DNA of 63,070 nt, counting the filler, from Chthonomonadaceae bacterium (GTDB lineage Bacteria > Armatimonadota > Chthonomonadetes > Chthonomonadales > Chthonomonadaceae): assembly GCA_035650735.1 (NCBI GenBank). It is 3 parts of 3 records of this genome, joined end to end, with 100 filler letters (N's around TTAATTAATTAA, not from the genome) between each part and the next. Parts side by side here need not be neighbours in the genome. Positions count along the whole stretch, not along the records: positions 29,552 to 60,221 come from DASRGZ010000107.1; 2 more parts are not named here. One strand, written 5' to 3'. The notes below the pieces were generated by a model. The model did no database searches and was not told the origin of the DNA. It was given only the letters and a program-made list of their open reading frames with translations. The position numbers and the translations under genes were made by a program. Shown here one piece after another: positions 43,200 to 52,861 of the stretch. Position 1 is the first letter of the stretch. The number at the start of each line of letters is the position of its first letter.

Positions 43200-45347
43200 T
43201 CAGGCGACCTTGCGCAGTCGGAGCGGAGGCGCAGCCATCGCCTCCGCCTCCAGCCGGAACTGGCGAACGAGATCCTGCAGGCGCGCAGCCATGTGATTCA
43301 ATTCATCAGCGGCAGCGCCTACCTCCTCGATGCTCGCGGTCTGCTCCTCCACCGAGGCCGTGACGTTCTGGGCGCTGGCCGAGACTTCCTCCGCCGCCGC
43401 GCTCATCTCCTGCGCTCCCGCAGCCGTCTCCTCGCTGATAGAGGCCACCGTCGTAATTGCCGCCGAAACCTGATCGGCCTCGGCCGCCATTTCCAGTACG
43501 GATCGCTCATTCTCTTCCGCCGCCTGACGCACCGCCTCTACGGAAGCCAGCACCCCCTGCACGGAAGCCGCCATCTCCCCGGCAATGGCCGTGACGCCTT
43601 CCACTTCGGTCGCCACCGAATGCACTGAGTCGAGGATCTGGGCCAGCGCCGTGCCTGCCTGCTCGCTCTGAGAGACGCCTGCGGCCACCTCGCGGTTACT
43701 CTGCTCCATCGCCCGAACGGCCTCCTCCACGCCGGAGCGCACGCTGCCGATCAGGCCGGCGATCTCCTTGGTGGCTGCCGCCGAGCGCTCGGCCAGCTTG
43801 CGCACCTCATCGGCGACCACCGCAAAGCCCTTGCCGTGCTCTCCGGCGCGGGCCGCTTCGATGGCCGCGTTCAAGGCCAGCAGATTGGTCTGCTCGGCTA
43901 TCTGGTCTATGGTTTCGACGATAGCTCCGATCTCCTGGCTCTTCTGGCCCAATTCCTGCACCTTCTCCGCAGAAGCCTGCACCTGCTCCCGGATCCGGCC
44001 CATGCTGGCTATCGTTTGCTCGACGGCTTTGCCGCCGGCCTGGGCAATCGTGGCGGATTGCTGCGCGCCGGAGGCCATTTGCTGGGTGGAGCGGGCGACC
44101 TCATCTACCGACCGGGCGGCCTGGCGCATACCGGTATCCGCCTGCTGGATCGCTCCCTGCTGCCGGTGGCTGCTCTCCTGCACCTGCCCGATGGTCGCCT
44201 GCAGCCGCTCCATGCTGTTGGCAGCCTCCGTGGCCGCGCGCGCCTGCTGCTCGCTGCCCTTGGCCATCTCCGTGCTGGTCATGGCCGACTGTCCGGCGGC
44301 GTTGGCCACGTCCTGGATGGTGCGGGCGATCTCGGTGGCGGCCTGGCCGCTTTGCTCGGCAGAGGCTGCCAGTTGAGAGCTGCTGGCCGCGACCGAAGCG
44401 GAGCTATCGGTGACCTGGCGAATCAGATTCCGTAAGTTGCCGATCATGGCGGCGAAGGCGCTGCCCAGCAGGTCTTTCGGCGATTTCGGTTCGACGTTCT
44501 GGGTTAGGTCGCCAGCGGCCATCGCTTCCGCGACGCCCGCCATCTGCTTCTGATAGGCGATCATGGCCCGAAAGCTCTCCGCCAGACGCCCGACCTCATC
44601 CCGGCTCGCATACGAAACTTCCTGATCGGCTTCGCCCAGGGCCAGCCGTTCGGCCACAGAGGTTATCTGCGCGAGCGGTGGGACGATAACACGGGTGAGG
44701 AGGCCGGCCATAACGAATCCACAAACCAGCGCCGCAACCAACAGAATGATCACGAAGGAGCGCGCGCTGCTGTAGGTTCCGGCACCCTCCTGGGCAAGAC
44801 GCTCCCCATTCTTGATGTTCCAACCGAGCATCTTGTCGAGCGTCTCCTGAATCGGCTCAAACTGCTGAAGGGATTGCCCGTTCAGAAGAGCCGTTACCTT
44901 TTTGTCCTCATCCTGGCGGGAGAGGGAGATCATCTGCTCATGGGTGCCTAAATAGGCGTTCCAGAGCGTCTTCAGCCGGTCAAAATTCTCCCGATCTTCC
45001 GTCTGGGTGATCATCTTTTCGTAACCGTGAAGCTCGCGCGAGATCGTATCAAGTTCGCCCCGCGCCTTTGTTTCAACCTGATCCCATTTGGATTTGTTAG
45101 AGGCTAACGTATGGCGATATTCGTAGATGCGAAACTGGCGGATAGCGTTGCCGATCCGCCCGATGCTGCCCGTTCCAGGCAAGGGGTCTGTGGCGATCTG
45201 GTTGGCAACTTGATTCATCAGCGCCATCCGGGAAATGGCAACGGCCCCAACGGTTAGCGTCAGCAATAGGCAGATGCCGAAGCTGAAAGCTAATTTATGG
45301 GCCGTCTTCAAATTGGCAAACTGTTTCACGGGGTTTATCCTCCTCAC
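43200..45347 (-). CDS. Methyl-accepting chemotaxis protein (4HB sensor, HAMP, signalling domain)
   Basis: Two TM helices, [51 protein letters not shown]. Confidence 0.95.
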   Translation of the reverse strand: MRRINPVKQFANLKTAHKLAFSFGICLLLTLTVGAVAISRMALMNQVANQIATDPLPGTGSIGRIGNAIRQFRIYEYRHTLASNKSKWDQVETKARGELDTISRELHGYEKMITQTEDRENFDRLKTLWNAYLGTHEQMISLSRQDEDKKVTALLNGQSLQQFEPIQETLDKMLGWNIKNGERLAQEGAGTYSSARSFVIILLVAALVCGFVMAGLLTRVIVPPLAQITSVAERLALGEADQEVSYASRDEVGRLAESFRAMIAYQKQMAGVAEAMAAGDLTQNVEPKSPKDLLGSAFAAMIGNLRNLIRQVTDSSASVAASSSQLAASAEQSGQAATEIARTIQDVANAAGQSAMTSTEMAKGSEQQARAATEAANSMERLQATIGQVQESSHRQQGAIQQADTGMRQAARSVDEVARSTQQMASGAQQSATIAQAGGKAVEQTIASMGRIREQVQASAEKVQELGQKSQEIGAIVETIDQIAEQTNLLALNAAIEAARAGEHGKGFAVVADEVRKLAERSAAATKEIAGLIGSVRSGVEEAVRAMEQSNREVAAGVSQSEQAGTALAQILDSVHSVATEVEGVTAIAGEMAASVQGVLASVEAVRQAAEENERSVLEMAAEADQVSAAITTVASISEETAAGAQEMSAAAEEVSASAQNVTASVEEQTASIEEVGAAADELNHMAARLQDLVRQFRLEAEAMAAPPLRLRKVA

Positions 45348-45655
45348 TGATGGCCCCTGGGCGCTTCCTATTCTCTCTGCAATCCATGCCGATGCAGCAC
45401 AGGCAGACTCATAAGCAGAGCAGGCAGCGTCTTCAGACCTCCCATTCTGAAGGGGATTATGGCTATTCCAGGCACAAATCTTAGGAAGTTTATGGGGGTC
45501 ACAAGGAATTCGGTAATCGCTCCCAACGGTGTTGACGTATCTCCTCAGCAGCAGGCTGCGTGAGATTGATCCACACGGCTGGCAGTGTCTACCAAGAATT
45601 CAGAAAACAGAGTAAAGCGAGCCGGGACTGTCAGTATTTTTCGGGTTTAAGGGCG

Positions 45656-46444
45656 TTATAGGAGGAGCGATTGGCCGTCGTAGGAGAGCTCGACGTGGGA
45701 AGGAAGCTGGGCGTTGACAGCCTCGTGGTCAAAACGGTGGGAGAGATGGGTCAGCAGCGCACGGCGGGGCTTGAGTTCCTCAATGACATCCAGGGCTTGA
45801 TAGAGGCCAAAGTGAGTGGGGTGCGGATCAAAGCGCACGGCGTCCAGCAGGAGCAGATCCAGGCCGTGAAGCTTAGCCATCGAATCCGGGGGAATATGGC
45901 TGACATCGGTGACGTAGGCGACGCTGCGGGCCGGAGAGTCGGCGGTGGCCGGGCGGTCGAAGCGATAGGCCAGCACCGGCAGCTTGCCGTGCAGCACGTA
46001 GAACGATTGGATATGCAGCCCGAACAGATCGAGGGCCGGAGGGATGGGGTGCAGCGTCAGGCGGGGCTTGCCGCCGCCCGCCTGCGTCTCTATGAAGACG
46101 TAGCGGTAGATGCGGCGAATGTCGTCGAGCGTGTCCTGATCGCCATAGATGGGGATCTCCTCGCCGGAGAGGTCGTTGAAGCGGCGCAGGTCGTCCAGGC
46201 CGAAAATGTGATCCGCGTGCGTATGCGTGAAGAGCACAGCGTCCACCCGGCGCACGTCATTGACAAGGGCTTGCAGGCGCAGTTCCGGCGTGGTATCCAC
46301 CAGGATCGCATGGCCCGCGTTGCGGACCAGAATAGAGGGACGGGTTCGTTTATTTTTCGGATTCTCGGAGCGGCACACCGCGCAGTCGCACCCGATCATC
46401 GGGACGCCGTGCGAAGTGCCGCTCCCTAAAACGATAATTTCCAT
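45656..46444 (-). CDS. MBL-fold metallohydrolase (PhnP-like)
   Basis: LGSGTSHGVPMIGCDCAVC, THTHADHIFGLDD, YVTD, LTHLSH. Confidence 0.92.
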   Translation of the reverse strand: MEIIVLGSGTSHGVPMIGCDCAVCRSENPKNKRTRPSILVRNAGHAILVDTTPELRLQALVNDVRRVDAVLFTHTHADHIFGLDDLRRFNDLSGEEIPIYGDQDTLDDIRRIYRYVFIETQAGGGKPRLTLHPIPPALDLFGLHIQSFYVLHGKLPVLAYRFDRPATADSPARSVAYVTDVSHIPPDSMAKLHGLDLLLLDAVRFDPHPTHFGLYQALDVIEELKPRRALLTHLSHRFDHEAVNAQLPSHVELSYDGQSLLL

Positions 46445-46451
46445 TAAAGCG

Positions 46452-47576
46452 TCAACTCGTTGGGACGGGCGCCGTTTCCGTCGGCGGCGTCCCAGATTCC
46501 TGTAGCGTGATCGTCTGCCCAGTCTCCGCCGACCGGTAGGCCGCTTCCACGACCTCCACCACCTGCGCGCCGTGCTCTCCCGGCGAGAAGAGCGCGCCGC
46601 GCCCCTGAATGGCATCCACAAAGTTGGTGATGGGGTTGGCGACGGGAAAAATATCGCCTTCCCGGAAGGTCTGCGTCTCCTGGTCCGTCATGACGATCTG
46701 AGTCTCAAAGTCATAGGTATTGACGGTGATCATGCCGTTGGTCGTGCCGAAGACGTTGCGGACGCGCCGCCGGGCGTATTTGCTATCGCCGATGGTATTG
46801 ATGGCGGCCACCACGCCGTTGTCGAGCTCCAGGCTGACGCAGGCGCGCATGTCCGTCGGCGTAGTATCCATCAGGGCGCAGACGCGGCGAGCGCGCAGGC
46901 CCGTTACCCACAGGAGCTCAGAGACCAGATGCGAGCCGCCGTCAATGAAGTAGCCGCCGCCGGTAAGCTCCGGGTCGGCACGGAACAGGGTCGGCGGCAC
47001 GACGCCGGGCAGGTCAGCGGGCAGCGGCGCGCGCCCGAAGACATATTCCGCCGAGCTGGTAAAGTAGAGGGAAGCGTTCTCTAATGAGCCCATCCGGGGA
47101 TCGCGCAGGGCGCGGCGGATACGGTGGCAGTGCGCCCAGAACGGCGGGTTGAGCGCGACGGCCAGCTTACGATCTTTGGCGCGGGCCAGCGCGACCAGTT
47201 CCCACGCCTCCGCGCTGCGCACGGCCATCGGCTTTTCGACCAGGACATGCAGCCCCCGCTCCAGCGCGGCCTGGGCCTGCTCGTAGTGCAGGGCGTTGGG
47301 CGTGGCGATGAGGACAGCATCCAATTCCGCCTCATCGAGCATTCGCCGCCAGTCCTCATAGGCCCGTTCCGGTGGGACGCCAAAGCGCGCGGCCATCTTC
47401 GCGCGGGCTTCCGGGTCGCGGCGGCAGAGGGCGGCGATGGTCACGCGCGGGTTCTGCTGGGCATCGGGCAGGTGGCGTCGGGAGGCAAACCATCCGGCTC
47501 CGACGACTCCGATGCGGACGGCCTCTTGCGAGTCAGGATCGCGGGTTGCGCTGGCGCTCTGCGTTTCGTTGGCCAC
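46452..47576 (-). CDS. Gfo/Idh/MocA family oxidoreductase
   Basis: IGVVGAG, IATPNALH, HVLVEKPM, GGGYFIDGGSH. GTG 47576 with GGAGGAG. Confidence 0.9.
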   Translation of the reverse strand: MANETQSASATRDPDSQEAVRIGVVGAGWFASRRHLPDAQQNPRVTIAALCRRDPEARAKMAARFGVPPERAYEDWRRMLDEAELDAVLIATPNALHYEQAQAALERGLHVLVEKPMAVRSAEAWELVALARAKDRKLAVALNPPFWAHCHRIRRALRDPRMGSLENASLYFTSSAEYVFGRAPLPADLPGVVPPTLFRADPELTGGGYFIDGGSHLVSELLWVTGLRARRVCALMDTTPTDMRACVSLELDNGVVAAINTIGDSKYARRRVRNVFGTTNGMITVNTYDFETQIVMTDQETQTFREGDIFPVANPITNFVDAIQGRGALFSPGEHGAQVVEVVEAAYRSAETGQTITLQESGTPPTETAPVPTS

Positions 47577-47665
47577 CTTTACTCCTCCTGGCTGGCCCGC
47601 CCCGCAGGGGCGCGCGGCCCGACGGCGCTCCCTCGGCGCCATGCTGCGGGCAATGCCACTACCGG

Positions 47666-47695
47666 ATTATACGCGAGCCGGTCGTCAGAAGTCAA
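47666..47695 (-). promoter_or_regulatory. Sigma70 promoter of the oxidoreductase-MBL operon
   Basis: TTGACT-N18-TATAAT. Confidence 0.55.
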
Positions 47696-47732
47696 GACGT
47701 GGCCGGATGTTCAGGTATACTACGAAAAAACC

Positions 47733-47874
47733 TCAACAGGATTAACAGGATTTTGCAGGATGAACAGGATTTCTAAAACCCAACCAGCCAAGCTCCTATT
47801 CTTGCTGACTTCAAGGCTTCTGTCTCTCTAGCTCTAATCCTGTAAATCCCGAGTAATCCTGTTCATTCTGTTGA
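47733..47874. repeat. Second ACAGGAT tandem/palindromic element
   Basis: AACAGGATTAACAGGATTTTGCAGGATGAACAGGATT versus AATCCTGTAAATCC..AATCCTGTTCATTCTGTT. Confidence 0.75.
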
Positions 47875-47919
47875 AAGGATTTTCTAGCGCAGTGGGTAGT
47901 TCTAAAAAGGAGGCAGGCA

Positions 47920-48708
47920 GTGCTGCTGGCGGTGGATGTAGGCAATACCAATATTGTGCTGGGCGCGTATCGAGGCAGAGGCAAGGCGGCGGAGCTGGTG
48001 GGCGATTTTCGTATCCGCACCGACCGGGACCGTACAACGGATGAGCATGGGATGCTGGTCAAGGAGTTGCTGGAGTATTGCGGATTGAGCCTGGGCGACA
48101 TCCGCCACGTCGCCATCTCCAGCGTCGTGCCGACCATGAATGAGACGCTGGCCGACCTGTCGCGCCGCTATTTTCATGCCGAGCCTTTCTTCGTCGGGCC
48201 CCACATTGATACGGGCATCTGCATTCACTATCAGCCGGTCTCGGATGTGGGTGCTGACCGCATCTGCAACGCCGTCGGCGCGTTTGCCCGCTATGGCGGC
48301 CCGGCCATTGTGGTAGACTTCGGCACGGCCACGACCTTTGACGCCATCGCCGCCAATGGCGACTACCTCGGCGGCGCGATCATCCCCGGCATCGGCATCT
48401 CGATGGATGCGCTATTTCGGCAGGCGGCACGTCTCTACCGCGTGGAGCTGGTCGCTCCTCCCAGGGCCATCGGCACCAATACCGTCCACGCCATGCAGAG
48501 CGGCCTGGTTTTAGGCTACGCGGGACAGACCGACGCGATGGTGGATCGATTCCGAGAGGAGCTGGGGCCAGAGGCGCGGGTGATCGCGACGGGCGGCTTT
48601 GCGGAGCTCATTCACCGGGAGAGCCGCACCATTGAGGTCGTGGATCAACTGGTCACGCTGGAGGGCCTGCGCCTGTTGTTCGAGCGGCAGCCACTGGCCC
48701 CACGCTAA
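47920..48708 (+). CDS. coaX: Type III pantothenate kinase
   Basis: LLAVDVGNTN, ISSVVP, VGADR, VVDFGTATTFD, GGAIIPG, IATGG. Confidence 0.95.
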   Translation: MLLAVDVGNTNIVLGAYRGRGKAAELVGDFRIRTDRDRTTDEHGMLVKELLEYCGLSLGDIRHVAISSVVPTMNETLADLSRRYFHAEPFFVGPHIDTGICIHYQPVSDVGADRICNAVGAFARYGGPAIVVDFGTATTFDAIAANGDYLGGAIIPGIGISMDALFRQAARLYRVELVAPPRAIGTNTVHAMQSGLVLGYAGQTDAMVDRFREELGPEARVIATGGFAELIHRESRTIEVVDQLVTLEGLRLLFERQPLAPR

Positions 48709-48710
48709 GT

Positions 48711-49070
48711 ACCTAACCCCCCGGTCCGGCAGGCTAAACCCTGCCGATGTGGGGCCTACGGCCCGTCGCCCACCTACGTGGGCGAAACATTCTGCCTGCC
48801 TGCGCAGGTAGAGACAAGCCCTGGCTTCTCCTCTCCCCTCCCCTGTTGTTGGGGATCGCTAGGCGGAGGGCTGTCGCCAGGTGTGGCCAGACGGAGGCAA
48901 GGGCCGTACCCTTGCCGACCCTGGCAGTGGCCGAACCATTGCAGGCCCGACCCTTGCAGTCCATGGCAGCCCGCCTTTTTCAGACTGGAAGGGGAACGCG
49001 GCTCTCATCCCCGGCGACCCTTGCAGTCCATGGCAGCCCCGCCCCTTGCAGTAGGGGTTGGGGTGAGGGC
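48711..49070. repeat. Mosaic palindromic repeat element (copy G)
   Basis: CGGCAGGCTAAACCCTGCCGATGTGGGGC at 48727-48755, CGACCCT(G/T)GCAGT modules, ending GGGGTGAGGGC. Confidence 0.85.
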
Positions 49071-49083
49071 TATTGGAGTGAAG

Positions 49084-50163
49084 TTAAAGCCGATCCTGCT
49101 GGGTCAAAACCGCCGTGATGGTCTGGGGCGTCCAGGTCGGGCCGTCGCAGCGGGGGCCCTCCGGCGTCCAGATCAGCTTGTCCATGCACATATGCCGCGT
49201 GGTCATGCCGGGGTCCCAGGCGTGGTAGAAGAGATAGGGCGTCTGGCGATCCGGTCCGATGAGAATTGAGATATGGCCCGGACCGCGCACATGATCGGGA
49301 ACCGGCCCCAGCACGCGCGGCCCCGCGTCGTTGCCCGTGTCCTCATACGGCCCCAGCACGTTATCCGCCACGCAATAATCCACCCCATAGTGCTCCGTCT
49401 CCCAGCGGCCTCCGCTGTAGAAGCAGTAGTAACGGCCTTCGTGTTTGCGGACACAGGGTCCCTCCAGCGTATACCAGTCCCATCGGCGGCCATACATCTC
49501 CCGGTCTTTCTGGAAGAGCTGCCAGTCGTGGTGGGCGCGCATCACCGTTTGCGGCTCGCCGGCCAGCGTAGTCATATCCAACAGGCGATCCACGACCAGC
49601 GCCGTCCCGACCCGCGCGCCGCCCTCCGTATCCAGGAAGTCACGGGCATAGAAGAGATACCACTGGCCGTCCTCATCCTGGAAGGGGTGGGGATCAATGG
49701 CGAAAGGCAGATCCTGGGGCTGCCAGAGCGTCTGGCCGATGTCCGCATAGGGGCCCTGTGGGTGCGTGCTTGTGGCGACACGCAACTGGTGGTTTTTATC
49801 TTCAAACCCGACGGAGTAGTAGAGGTAGAAGGTGCCCTCGTGATAGGCGACTTCGGGGGCCCAGAAGGTATCGCCGAGGGAGGGATCGGGCGGCAGCAGC
49901 GCATGCCCGATTTCATGCCAGGTAACGAAGTCGTCGGAGCGCAGGAGAGGAAAGAGGCGCAGGTGCGTTAGGAAGTTAGAGGCGGCCTGGCCCATATCGT
50001 CCTCCTGGCCGCTCGCTTCCACAGCGCCTGTTCCGACGGCGTAATACTCGCCTGCATACTCCCAGGCGAACGGGTCGGCCAGATAGCCCGGATGCAGGGG
50101 GTTCGTATAGATCCGCTGGACGACGGTTTCCGGCTGGTTAGGAGAGGGCGTAGTATCCGACAT
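49084..50163 (-). CDS. Glycoside hydrolase family 43 protein
   Basis: ADPF, WAPEV, AIDPHPF, TLEGP, GPGH (catalytic Asp/Asp/Glu pattern). Confidence 0.92.
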   Translation of the reverse strand: MSDTTPSPNQPETVVQRIYTNPLHPGYLADPFAWEYAGEYYAVGTGAVEASGQEDDMGQAASNFLTHLRLFPLLRSDDFVTWHEIGHALLPPDPSLGDTFWAPEVAYHEGTFYLYYSVGFEDKNHQLRVATSTHPQGPYADIGQTLWQPQDLPFAIDPHPFQDEDGQWYLFYARDFLDTEGGARVGTALVVDRLLDMTTLAGEPQTVMRAHHDWQLFQKDREMYGRRWDWYTLEGPCVRKHEGRYYCFYSGGRWETEHYGVDYCVADNVLGPYEDTGNDAGPRVLGPVPDHVRGPGHISILIGPDRQTPYLFYHAWDPGMTTRHMCMDKLIWTPEGPRCDGPTWTPQTITAVLTQQDRL

Positions 50164-50235
50164 CGTGGTTCCTTCCTCGGGCCTGTCCGCGGCGGGGCGG
50201 GCAGCGCGCCAACTGGTGTGGTCTCTTTCTGCCGG

Positions 50236-50265
50236 AGGATAGCATACGCCGCCGCGCGCTGTCAA
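50236..50265 (-). promoter_or_regulatory. Promoter of the GH43 gene
   Basis: TTGACA-N18-TATCCT with an extended TG. Confidence 0.5.
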
Positions 50266-50345
50266 GCAATCCTGGAATTTAACCCAGGCGAGGGCGTGAA
50301 CCGAATTTCCTCTCTCCTCTGAGCGGGCAGACAGAGAGGCCAGGA

Positions 50346-50445
50346 GAGGAAAGGCAATGGTACTGGAATTTCACCCCAGGAGCGCCGTGACAACCCACCG
50401 GTAGGTAGCGCCCGAGGAAAGGCAATGGTACTGGAATTTCACCCC
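50346..50445. repeat. Two identical 32-bp direct repeats separated by 36 bp
   Basis: GAGGAAAGGCAATGGTACTGGAATTTCACCCC at 50346-50377 and 50414-50445, with a degenerate copy near 50263-50288. Confidence 0.85.
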
Positions 50446-50461
50446 GAGAGAAAAGGGCGCT

Positions 50462-51124
50462 TCACACCTCCCGGCGCGCGCCCAGCGCCGAGGCGGCCAG
50501 CGAGAACAGGATGCCTACCCCCGAAAGCAACAGGACGAAGACGAGCGCGGTCCGGTCGTTGCCGGCGTTGACGGCGTCGTAGATGGCCAGGGGCATGGTG
50601 CGCGTCTCCCCGGGAATGTCTCCGGCCACCATCAAGGTCGTGCCAAAGTCGCCAAGCGCGCGGGCAAAGGCCAGCGCCGTTCCTGCGACCAGGCCGCGCC
50701 GCGCCAGGGGCAGCGTCACAAACCAGAACGCTTGCAGCTCGGAGGCGCCCATCGTGCGAGCGGCGGCGATCAGGTCTTCCTCCACGCCGGCAAAGGCGGC
50801 TTGCAGCGCGCGAATGAGCAGCGGCACACTGACCACGCTGGCGGCCAGCGCCGCACCCTGCCAGGTGAAGACGATATCCGTGCCGGTGAGAGCGTGGTAA
50901 AGCTGGCCGAGCGGGCTGCGCCGGCCCAGCAGTACCAGCAGGTAGTAGCCGAGGACGGTCGGGGGCAGCACCAGCGGCAGCAGAGCGATCCCCTCCCATA
51001 CTGCCCGCCCCGGCAGGCGCCGCCGCGCCAGCGCGTACCCGATGGGCACGCCGCACAGCAGCGAGAGCAGCGTGGCACAGAGGGCCACGCGCAGGGAGAG
51101 AAAGAACGCCGACCAATCTATCAT
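50462..51124 (-). CDS. modB: Molybdate ABC transporter permease
   Basis: LPLVLPPTVLGYYLL, AARTMGA (EAA loop), FARALGDFGTT, IPGETRTMPLAIY. Confidence 0.95.
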   Translation of the reverse strand: MIDWSAFFLSLRVALCATLLSLLCGVPIGYALARRRLPGRAVWEGIALLPLVLPPTVLGYYLLVLLGRRSPLGQLYHALTGTDIVFTWQGAALAASVVSVPLLIRALQAAFAGVEEDLIAAARTMGASELQAFWFVTLPLARRGLVAGTALAFARALGDFGTTLMVAGDIPGETRTMPLAIYDAVNAGNDRTALVFVLLLSGVGILFSLAASALGARREV

Positions 51125-51140
51125 AATGGGAGGTAGCTCT

Positions 51141-51938
51141 TCATCTTCGGGCCGTCTGCTCGCCGGGGAGCAGGAAGCCGTACTTCTGCATAATCGGACG
51201 CCCCCGAGGTCCGTTGACGAAGGCGACGAAGCGGTGCGCGGCCTCAGGATGCGCCGAGGAGGCCAGCGCCGCCATGACCTGCCGCAGCGGACGGTGCGCC
51301 TGCGGAGGAATCAGCACATAATGCCCGCCGCTGCCGATGGCCAGCGACAGGGCGACGATGGCGGCGTCGGCATTGCCGCTGGCGGCGTACTGGAGTGCCT
51401 GCTGGACGTTCTCGCCATAAACGAAGCGCGGGCGCAGCGCCTCCCAGAGATGGGCCGATTGCAGCGCCTCGCGCGCCGCTTCGCCGTAGGGGGCGTGCTG
51501 CGGGTTGGCGATGGCGATCCGGGCGTAGATGGGCGCGGCCAGCGCGGCGACGGTGGCGGGACACGGCGGGCCGTCTTTGCGTGTCCAGAGGACGATGCGG
51601 CCCTGCGCGTAAAGCTGTTGGGTGCCGGGAATCAGGCGCCCCTGCTGCTCCAGCTCGGCAATATAGGCCTCGTTGGCGGCGGCGAAGACATCGAAGGGCG
51701 CTCCGCTTTCGATCTGGCGGGTCAGCAGGCCGGTCGAGCCGAACACCAGCTTCACCTGCTGCCCGGTTTCCTGCTGGTAGGCGGCGGCGATCTCGGTGAA
51801 GGCTCGGGTCAGGTCGGCGGCGGCGGCCACGCGCAGTTCCGGCGCGGCCTGGCGGTCTTTGCCGCAGCCGATCAGCGCGCCTGTCGCCAATACCAGAAGG
51901 CAAGCTGCCAGCGCTCTCGCGCATCTGTCTCTGCCCAA
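51141..51938 (-). CDS. modA: Molybdate ABC transporter substrate-binding lipoprotein
   Basis: Lipobox LIGC, VAAAADL, FGSTGLL..QIESGAPFDVF, IANPQHAPYG, GENVQQA. TTG 51938 with AAGGAGG. Confidence 0.92.
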   Translation of the reverse strand: MGRDRCARALAACLLVLATGALIGCGKDRQAAPELRVAAAADLTRAFTEIAAAYQQETGQQVKLVFGSTGLLTRQIESGAPFDVFAAANEAYIAELEQQGRLIPGTQQLYAQGRIVLWTRKDGPPCPATVAALAAPIYARIAIANPQHAPYGEAAREALQSAHLWEALRPRFVYGENVQQALQYAASGNADAAIVALSLAIGSGGHYVLIPPQAHRPLRQVMAALASSAHPEAAHRFVAFVNGPRGRPIMQKYGFLLPGEQTARR

Positions 51939-51954
51939 TCGTCCCTCCTTCCGC

Positions 51955-52461
51955 TTACACGGCTTCGCGCGCCAGCAGCACCTCGGTCGCCTTGATGAGC
52001 GCGATGGCCCGCGTTCCAACCTGCAAGCCCAGCCGCTCGACAGAAGTACGGGTGATGACGCTCACGATCTCGTTGCCGCCTCCCAGGTCGAGAACGACTT
52101 CGGCCAGGACGCCGTCGCTGGAAATGGATTTCACCGTGCCGACCAGTCGGTTGCGCGCGCTGATGTCGAGCGCAGGCAGAGCGGCGCGCGTCTCCGCCGT
52201 TGCAGCGGGCGGTTCTCCCCGCGACGAGGGCAAGGAGGCGCTTTCGGGCGGCGAGACGGGGACGCCAACGGCGGCGCTATCCACGCCTGCGCCAACGATG
52301 CGGCGCAGCGCCTCTACCTGACTGGCCGTGTACCAGCGCCAGCCGCGCCAATCGCGCTCTGGCGGCTCGGTGCGCCCCTCCTTTTCCCAGGTATAGAGTG
52401 TCTTGGGCGTGACGCCCAGCAACTGCGCCACCTGCGAGCGCGTCAGTTTTGTACCCGCCAT
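51955..52461 (-). CDS. MerR-like HTH plus TOBE (Mop) molybdate-responsive regulator
   Basis: VAQLLGVTPKTLYTWEKEG..WRWY; ISARNRLVGTV..SVITRTSVERLGL..LIKATEV. Confidence 0.85.
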   Translation of the reverse strand: MAGTKLTRSQVAQLLGVTPKTLYTWEKEGRTEPPERDWRGWRWYTASQVEALRRIVGAGVDSAAVGVPVSPPESASLPSSRGEPPAATAETRAALPALDISARNRLVGTVKSISSDGVLAEVVLDLGGGNEIVSVITRTSVERLGLQVGTRAIALIKATEVLLAREAV

Positions 52462-52504
52462 ATGCCGCTCCAAACGCCGATCCTACTTGGGAAGTTATCC
52501 TGTA

Positions 52505-52546
52505 TTACCTGGGTAAACTATAACACAGAGGCCAGCCTGGAGTCAA
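52505..52546 (-). promoter_or_regulatory. mod operon promoter with palindromic operator
   Basis: TTGACT-N18-TATAGT (extended TG), followed directly by the TTACC-CA-GGTAA palindrome (52505-52516). Confidence 0.55.
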
Positions 52547-52575
52547 CTAGGGGAAAGGACGCAGGATAGGGAAGC

Positions 52576-52614
52576 AAAAGCCCGGCAAAGCCGCAATAGT
52601 GGCCTTGCCGGGCT
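52576..52614 (-). terminator. Rho-independent terminator of the prepilin operon
   Basis: AGCCCGGCAAGGCC..GGCTTTGCCGGGCT followed by TTT. Confidence 0.75.
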
Positions 52615-52636
52615 GCGAAGGGTCGGATTGCAAGGG

Positions 52637-52861
52637 CTAGGGGCCGCTGGGTCCGCTGTTGGGAACGGCAGGGCCGGGAGTTCCAGCCTTGCCTTGCTGC
52701 TGGCGCAGCTTTTCCAGCCGCGCTGAAAAGCCGATTTTAGCGTTCGGGTTCTCGATCACGGTCTCATGCGGGGCCAGACCGCGCATAAAGAGATAGACGA
52801 CAATGCCTACCACCACAACAAGAGCGCCGATAAGGATGGCAGGATGGATTTCCTTGCGCAT
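52637..52861 (-). CDS. Small single-TM protein coupled to the prepilin gene
   Basis: [28 protein letters not shown] overlaps the upstream stop (TGATG). Confidence 0.7.
   Translation of the reverse strand: MRKEIHPAILIGALVVVVGIVVYLFMRGLAPHETVIENPNAKIGFSARLEKLRQQQGKAGTPGPAVPNSGPSGP

Noticed and set aside
11275..50445. Calling a CRISPR array at 11275, 19591 or 50346
   Set aside because: Each site has only two good copies, the three repeats are unrelated, and there is no leader or cas gene. They are reported as repeats only.
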